DNA of 63,963 nucleotides, counting the filler, from Intoshia linei (Eukaryota; Animalia; Orthonectida), in assembly GCA_001642005.1 (NCBI GenBank). It is 9 parts of 9 records of this genome, joined end to end, with 100 filler letters (N's around TTAATTAATTAA, not from the genome) between each part and the next. Parts side by side here need not be neighbours in the genome. Positions count along the whole stretch, not along the records: positions 44,805 to 58,583 come from LWCA01000995.1; positions 58,684 to 60,501 come from LWCA01002492.1; positions 60,602 to 61,826 come from LWCA01002840.1; positions 61,927 to 63,963 come from LWCA01002431.1; 5 more parts are not named here. One strand, 5' to 3'. Under the pieces are notes generated by a model, which did not search any database, was not told where the DNA came from, and saw only the letters and a program-made list of their open reading frames with translations. A program made the position numbers and the translations under genes. Positions within the stretch are counted from its first letter, which is position 1; each line of letters opens with the position of its first letter. This document shows, one piece after another, positions 57,201 through 63,963 of the stretch.

Positions 57201-58508
57201 TCACTATTATCAATCCTTTAAAGCAGTGGTTCCCAAAACTGTTTTAGGTGTAACCGTTATATCACATTACCTTTTAATTTAAAGTCAATTATTCCACATT
57301 AAATTTATTTTGTTAACATTTGTGTAAAGAATTATTAAAAAAATTGGTATTCCATTTTTTTAATTCATTAGATAGAATGTGTGTATAATATTAAAAATAA
57401 AGTAAAAACAGATTAATCCTAATAATTGTCATAAATAGCATAAACTCCAGTAAAAATAAAAATATAAAAAACTATTTTGTCATTTTTAATGTGATAATAT
57501 ATATTAAGAATCAATTTAATAAATAATTAAAAATACCAATTATGTATGTATTTATATCAACATAAATAAGTTCTATCTTATAATTTTCGGACCGTTATTA
57601 TTTCACATTTTTTGTTTTAATAAAATATTTAAAAAAAAAATAATATGAATACTAAAATGCTTCAGATTGAATTTTTTTGTGCTAACAGGATAAAAATGAA
57701 CCACATGTAATTTTTTTTAAATTATAGGGCTGTTTTCATTTAAATAAAAAATGTAATTTGAAGTTTTAGCCCTGAATATATATTTTTTTAAATTCTAATC
57801 CTATCCGTATCAGATGGGATATTTTTTTAAATTCTTGAACTCGTTTGATTTTAAAAAAAACATAATTGACCAAAACTTAGCTTTATTGTTTTATACTGGT
57901 TAATTTTTTTCTATATAATATGTAAATTATATTTTTTCTACTATATTTCTATTAACATTCACATATTGTTTTGTTTTTATGTGAATATCTACAAAAAACG
58001 ACTTTTAAATTTGATCGATACATTAACCATTTTTTGAAATAGAAGGTTCGTAAGATTACAGATAAATTATAATTAATACAATTGTTTATAAAATAAATAA
58101 TAATGATGGTAATAAATAGTTTCGGAAAAAATAAATACTAAACTGCTTTTTTGACCGTGACAGCGTAACTTCAGAATTTATGTTTTATACACTTGTAGTA
58201 ATTTTTTTATTTTTAAAAAAATGGATAATTTGGTGTTTTGACAATAAATATAATATTTTCTAAAGCTGAGTTTAACGACAATGTTATTGAATTTAAAACG
58301 AGCAACAGAATTTATATTTTTTTATTTTTTAGAAATTTAATTTATTAAAATAATCGGTAACATTCAATTTGATATAAGTATACTTTTAATAAGTAATAAT
58401 ACTAAATTTAAAATTGATATCACATAGAACCATGCTACAAAGCAAATAATGAACAAGATTGTATTATATTAAACTGTAGTTGGAATACTTCTAGTGTGTA
58501 TTGTGAAG
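54229..58508 (+). CDS. secreted protein of tandem 27-aa cysteine modules, each on an 81-nt exon; 3' end lost at contig end
   Basis: Signal exon 54229-54304; phase 1-1 exons 54790-54870, 55285-55365, 55821-55901, 55996-56076, 58428-58508, all with AG/GT ends, no stops, motif C-x8-C-x4-C-x-W-x6-C. Confidence 0.85.
56130..56510 (-). mobile_element. LTR-retrotransposon integrase remnant in an intron
   Basis: FPNISANITQMVNNCHQCQV (second half of the HHCC zinc finger), then ELWKIDII and YKYIL across frameshifts. Confidence 0.5.
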
Positions 58509-59442
58509 GTAAGTTTAAAATTATTCAATTTAATCATTTAAAAAAATTTAAAATTTTAATTATACAGTAAATATTTCTGTTTANNNNNNNNNNNNNNNNN
58601 NNNNNNNNNNNNNNNNNNNNNNNNNNNTTAATTAATTAANNNNNNNNNNNNNNNNNNNNNNNNNNNNNNNNNNNNNNNNNNNNCATTATTTGAATTAATC
58701 GTATACCATAGCGTATTACATTTTAAAAATTATTAAATTTTATTATAATAAAATTAAATTTTTAGTACGTTATTAGTACGTTTTTATCAGTGTTGCCTAG
58801 AACGTACTTTTACAAAAAAACGTACTTCTGACAGCTTTAACTTAGTTGAAATTTTTCTCTCATTTTGGAAATAATTATTTTTACATTGAAAATAGTTATT
58901 TTTATATTGACTGTGACTATTCTTACTTTGAATGTAAATATAATAATTTTCAAAATGAATTTATATTTTTATTTCGAAACTATATTATGGTTAAATGAAC
59001 CTGCGAATAACATAATTGAATTTTTAACAATTTAAACTCAAAAAATTCGATATTAAATATACAATTTAAACATAAAAAAATATATTATGGGTAGTGCGAT
59101 TGAACCATATTACGTTTTCCGTTAATTACAATTTAATTGTTGGTCAAAATATACCAAAAACCCTTATTAATTTGATTATCTCTTTAAATATACAATAACA
59201 CAATGTAGCAATAATCACATAATAATTGCTATTATCATATTTCTTGTGGTGATTTTATTCTCTTGCAAAATGTCCTCACATTAAATTTAGTTATTATCAC
59301 ATGGGTTGTAATTATTAGCATATTGATAATGAAATGGTATAGTTATGCAACCGTTTGAATTGACAAAAGTAAGCATAACAACTAATAACTAGTGGCGATC
59401 GAAGCAATTCCTTTAGTGTTAAATTTACAACTTTTACAAGGA

Positions 59443-59727
59443 ATGAAACCAAAAACGTGTGTTTTGTTGGCTAGTGGATTTGAAGAATTGGAAGCTGTTA
59501 CAGTTATTGACGTTTTCAATAGAGCTGGGGTATAATTTTGAAAGTTTGAAACTCAATTTTAGTTGGATAACACTGTCATAAGTTTATTTGATGATTTAAT
59601 TGTTATCGGAGGTCAACAAATTCCAATTAAATGCGATGAAACGTTTATGAATATTGTAAAAAAGGATCAACTTTTTGATGGAATAGTGATACCTGGTGGT
59701 TTAACTGGAGTACAATACTTTATTTCG
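59443..59727 (+). CDS. PARK7: DJ-1/PfpI family glyoxalase/deglycase, first two exons
   Basis: VLLASGFEELEAVTVIDVFNRAG|..FDGIVIPGGLTG; 33-nt intron 59530-59562; remaining exons not found before the linker. Confidence 0.85.
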
Positions 59728-59830
59728 GTAAGTTTTATGGTTTAACTTATTCATTTTTTTTAATATCCTAATTTAACTTATTTCGTGAAATTAAATTTAC
59801 ACGTATATGTGTAATGCATTCCTCAAAGGG

Positions 59831-60199
59831 TTATAAAATCTGGACACTCTACATTAGACACCAAAATAGCTTATGTGAGATTTTAAAATGACAAGATATA
59901 TAAAATGTAAGTATAAAATGAGATTTCTATCTTAGGCATTAGACTATAAACACGCCCATTTATCTATTATTTTTAATTTTTTTGAACGCATGAAATAATT
60001 TGAATTGATGACGTGCCATTTTGGTTAGTAAATTAAATTGTTTGTTTCAAATATTAAAGTGTCAACATTCCATTTTAATCATTTTTGTTATAGCACCACA
60101 CTTTTTGATAGAGGCGTGTTTATTCTAAAACTAGTTTATTCTTACTATTGTATTTAAATTTTTGACATTTAGCTTATCTAGAGTGTCCAGATTTTATAA
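59831..60199. mobile_element. MITE-like inverted-repeat element in a DJ-1 intron
   Basis: Perfect 21-bp inverted repeat TTATAAAATCTGGACACTCTA / TAGAGTGTCCAGATTTTATAA; internal AAACACGCC / GGCGTGTTT. Confidence 0.65.
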
Positions 60200-61956
60200 A
60201 TACTAAATAAGTACTTTTCGAAATGTCTTAAAAACAAAAAGAACAATAAAATTTGATTTGAAAGTTCTAACAATTTAAAATATGAAATATAAATGTTAAT
60301 TTTATTGGTATTAATCATTGCAAATTATTTTTTTACATAATTCACAAATTTGAAGTGATCCAAATTAAACGATATAAGGTGTGTTTTTATAAAATATAAA
60401 TTTATTAAAACTTCACTTTATTAAGAAAGTGAAAAATTACAAGTAAAATAGACTAAAATTATCTATGGTATTTATGGAGTACGTATTTAGTACTTATAAA
60501 ANNNNNNNNNNNNNNNNNNNNNNNNNNNNNNNNNNNNNNNNNNNNTTAATTAATTAANNNNNNNNNNNNNNNNNNNNNNNNNNNNNNNNNNNNNNNNNNN
60601 NCTTGTAGTAAAAAAATTCATTAGTAGCCACTAAAATACAATATTAATTTCATAGGCTTTTAACACATGGGAAAAAGTATTGCACATTTACATAATATTA
60701 ATCTAAAATCACGTCTTGCATGCTATCGACGAGCTTGTGGCAAAATCGCACATTCTCATATTTAATTTAAAAATAATTTTATTTGCGTTTCTCATGTAGT
60801 TGCTAAATTAACAATGATAAACGTCATTTATTGTTAATTTAACATCCAATTACAGAATTAACAGTGTTGAATGAGGTGATTTGAGAATACAGAAATATTG
60901 ATCCTAAAGAAAAAAAACTAGATTCGAAGCATGAGATGTATACCTCACACCAGTGCTTCCCAAACTTTTATGTTCGCGCTGCACAAAAAAATAAATAAAA
61001 AAATAAATAAAAAAATTGCGACGCACTATATACATTGAATATCTATATTTATATCTTTAAAAATGTGTATTATCACAGNCGAAGCATGAGATGTATACCT
61101 CACACCAGTGCTTCCCAAACTTTTATGTTCGCGCTGCACAAAAAAATAAATAAAAAAATAAATAAAAAAATAAATAAAAAAATAAATAAAAAAATTGCGA
61201 CGCACTATATACATTGAATATCTATATTTATATCTTTAAAAATGTGTATTATCACAGTCGCTCTCAAACGTTTTTAATAAGGGTCCCCTCAAATGTAATC
61301 CTTACTTATATAAAATGTTTTGTTTGTCTGTATGTTATCGTTTATTTCTATAACTACCAGGTTCGGAATTTTACAAAGTCCACATTTCAATTACAGTTTC
61401 TTCCGTGGGTTAGCAAAATAAATTTCAACGTCCCAAACTCACATCTTACTAGTCAAAAAGCCCAATTGTCCTTTTTTTTGAAAATCAAACGAGTTCGAGA
61501 ACTTATAAGAATATACACTCTGATACGGATTTTAAAATCATAATATTATCATAAATTTGAATTTAAAAATATATAAATATATAATCAGGGCCAAAATCAC
61601 AAATTACCTTTTTTTTTAATGAAATTTTAACCCTAAAAGTTAAAAAAATTTACAGGTGGTACAGTTGTATCCTGTTAACACACAAAAAATTTAAATTCGA
61701 ATAAGTGATGACTTCACGGTCAAAAAAGTATTTTAGTATTCATATATTTTTTTACCGAAATATTTTATTAACAATGTGAAATAATTAACGGTCCGAAAAT
61801 TAAAAAAAAAATTATTCTGATAGAGCNNNNNNNNNNNNNNNNNNNNNNNNNNNNNNNNNNNNNNNNNNNNTTAATTAATTAANNNNNNNNNNNNNNNNNN
61901 NNNNNNNNNNNNNNNNNNNNNNNNNNTGTGTTAATAAATATTATTTATTTGTTTAG

Positions 61957-63319
61957 CATGTAAAACAGAATCGAATACAATATATTGCGACGGAACAAAT
62001 GTTAAAAAAGGTAAACAATTATAAATCTTATATTACAGCATAACGATTGTTATAAACCCTACTCAACGGATAATAAAATTTGTATAGGTATATATTATGA
62101 AAAAGAGCCAACTAAGTTTAATTTAAATATTTGCTGAAATTTTTATTCTATATCAACTCGAATAAATTGTATCAGGATAATATATATAAAAATTCTAGAA
62201 ATATCAGTTATGTACAGTATTTTTTTTTAATAAATACAAAATAAAAAAATCAATGTCAAATTACATTTTTGATCGTTGAGGCAATAATTTTTTATATTCA
62301 AAATTGGTTTGTATACAAACTGAAAAGTAATCTATGATCTGTTATATTTTTTAAAATTTATAGATTAGGTTTTGTTATTTTTTAAAATTATTAAAATTTT
62401 TTGATAAAAAACAAAAAAACACGGTTTTTGACTGTAAATATCTCATTTCTAGAATGGTTTTTGATATTGCATCACCTTTAAAGAACTTACTAGAAATTCT
62501 GTATATGTAGAGCTATTAATTTTTCAAAAAGAAATACGAAAAATTAATTTTTTATAAGTGAAAAAATTAATTTGAAGTATAATTAAAAAATTTATTTTCG
62601 GTAGAACGGCAGTGGTCGCTCCTTCAATATAACAATATGTAATAACATGTATACAAATAAGTTCAATATAAATTCTTTCTGAAATTTTTTTTCGATATCA
62701 GCTCGAATAAACTGTATAAGGATAATATATATAAAAATTCTAGGAATATAAGTTAATACCTTATTTTGTTTAAATAAATACGAAATAAAAAAATCAATAT
62801 CAAATTACATTTTTAATTGTGAAGGCAATAATCTTTTATATTCAAAATTGGTTATTATACAAACTGAAAAGTACTCTATAATTTGTGATATTTTTTAAAA
62901 TTTCTAGACTAGGTTTCGTTAATTTTCAAAATACAATTACAACAATTCAATTTTTTATAAATGAAGAAATTAATTTTTAGTATAACTAAACAATCTATTT
63001 TTGTCAAAACTAGCTATTGTTTCAATTATTTAATTATATATTATGTATATCAAATTAATAAGATTGTCACAAGGCACATAAAAATTGTGTCAAATGTAAT
63101 AAAACTGGATGTATTCAATGCAACGCTTACAGTACTCGCTTAGAAAAGGCAGAGAAAGGTTTTTGTCAAAGTAAGTTATGTTTTAGGTAATATTTACGTT
63201 ATAATATAGAAAAATATGGACGTAATAGAGTTTATTGTAAAGCTTGTAACAAATTAACGTATTATACGGGATTGTCTTTTTGTGTTATATTTGTAATAAT
63301 TTTAATGTTAAAATTTTAA
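61957..63319 (+). CDS. 3' exons of a CxxC-repeat surface protein ending in a hydrophobic GPI-signal-like tail
   Basis: Phase-1 exons 61957-62010 (CKTESNTIYCDGTNVKK), 63063-63170 (CHKAHKNCVKCNKTGCIQC..GFCQ), 63243-63319 (TCNKLTYYTGLSFCVIFVIILMLKF*). Confidence 0.65.
62135..62930. repeat. diverged ~250-bp direct duplication (~62135-62385 and ~62680-62930)
   Basis: Shared GGATAATATATATAAAA..AAATTACATTTTT..GGCAATAAT..ATACAAACTGAAAAGTA. Confidence 0.7.
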
Positions 63320-63963
63320 GTGGTTATGGACAACGAAAATGTTGATTAATTTACAATCTCGACTAATCATCTGTAGATAACCACTTATTCAATATATTTA
63401 TTTAGTTAATAATTTTATTATTCTAGACGGAAAGTTTTGACTATGGAGATATATACTGTGGAACTCAAAATTCTTTCTGTTATAGACATTTAAAATTTTT
63501 GAAAGTATTGTCATGTGCTTTAGTACCAGTTGCCTTTTTATATTTATAAATTATAATAATAAAATTCTGGGACTTCATATTTAAAAAAATCGTAATTTGG
63601 AGATTTGACTATGAAGATGTAGAGTTTTGAGACTGAAATTTACAACAAAGTTAATGACTTTAAACGCGTTCGGTTTGTTTTTTAAAAATTTAGGGCTGAT
63701 GATCAGTGGTGGTATTATTGAAAAAAAAGAAATTTGGGTTTTTGATCCTGAAGAACTTAATATCTAAAAATAATTTGCATATAAACGTTAATTTTAAATC
63801 ACAGTATTAAAAATTTTGTTTTTTTAAATTCTACGAAATTCAATTTTTTAAATAAACGGAAATACATTCACACATAAGTAACAAATTTAAATGTTTTTAT
63901 TTGAAAAAGGAAAGTAGTACCAACCGTCAATTACATTTTAAAATATGACGCCATAGTGAGGAT

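Noticed and set aside
61035-61543. ORFs with KKIN repeats
   Set aside because: Translation of an AAAAAATAAATA microsatellite inside a hAT MITE end
11442-61926. Recurrent palindrome TTAATTAATTAA between N runs as a biological repeat or array
   Set aside because: Identical 100-bp six-frame-stop spacers; an artificial contig joiner

Overview
Very AT-rich, gene-dense eukaryotic (metazoan) draft genome with many 30-50 nt GT-AG introns, so the ORF track fragments most genes. The compaction and a spiralian-type zinc-finger domain suggest a reduced parasitic lophotrochozoan such as an orthonectid (inference, not verified). The window is nine contigs joined by identical 100-bp N-TTAATTAATTAA-N linkers, so adjacency across linkers is not reliable. 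Housekeeping genes rebuilt by manual splicing: MAEA (3' end), glutaminase, CtBP, VPS26, CHMP6, CCDC113, SUV3, LSM2, PSMB1 (5' part), ELOF1, EMRE/SMDT1, a WIPI3/4-type PROPPIN, a C2H2 zinc-finger gene and DJ-1 (5' part). Introns and intergenic DNA hold decayed hAT (Buster/Charlie, Ac, Tip100-like), piggyBac-type and foldback-like elements. Highlights: (1) an intact, probably spliced ~603-aa gene fusing a retrotransposon Gag/capsid-like domain to a Crypton-type tyrosine recombinase with substituted catalytic residues (41805-43663); (2) a secreted protein built from exactly 81-nt symmetric cysteine-repeat exons in alternating A/B order, almost invisible to the ORF track (54229-58508); (3) CxxC-repeat surface-protein genes, one with a signal peptide and one with a GPI-like tail (34117-35547; 61957-63319); (4) an operon-like LSM2-SUV3-CCDC113 run with 63- and 73-bp gaps.
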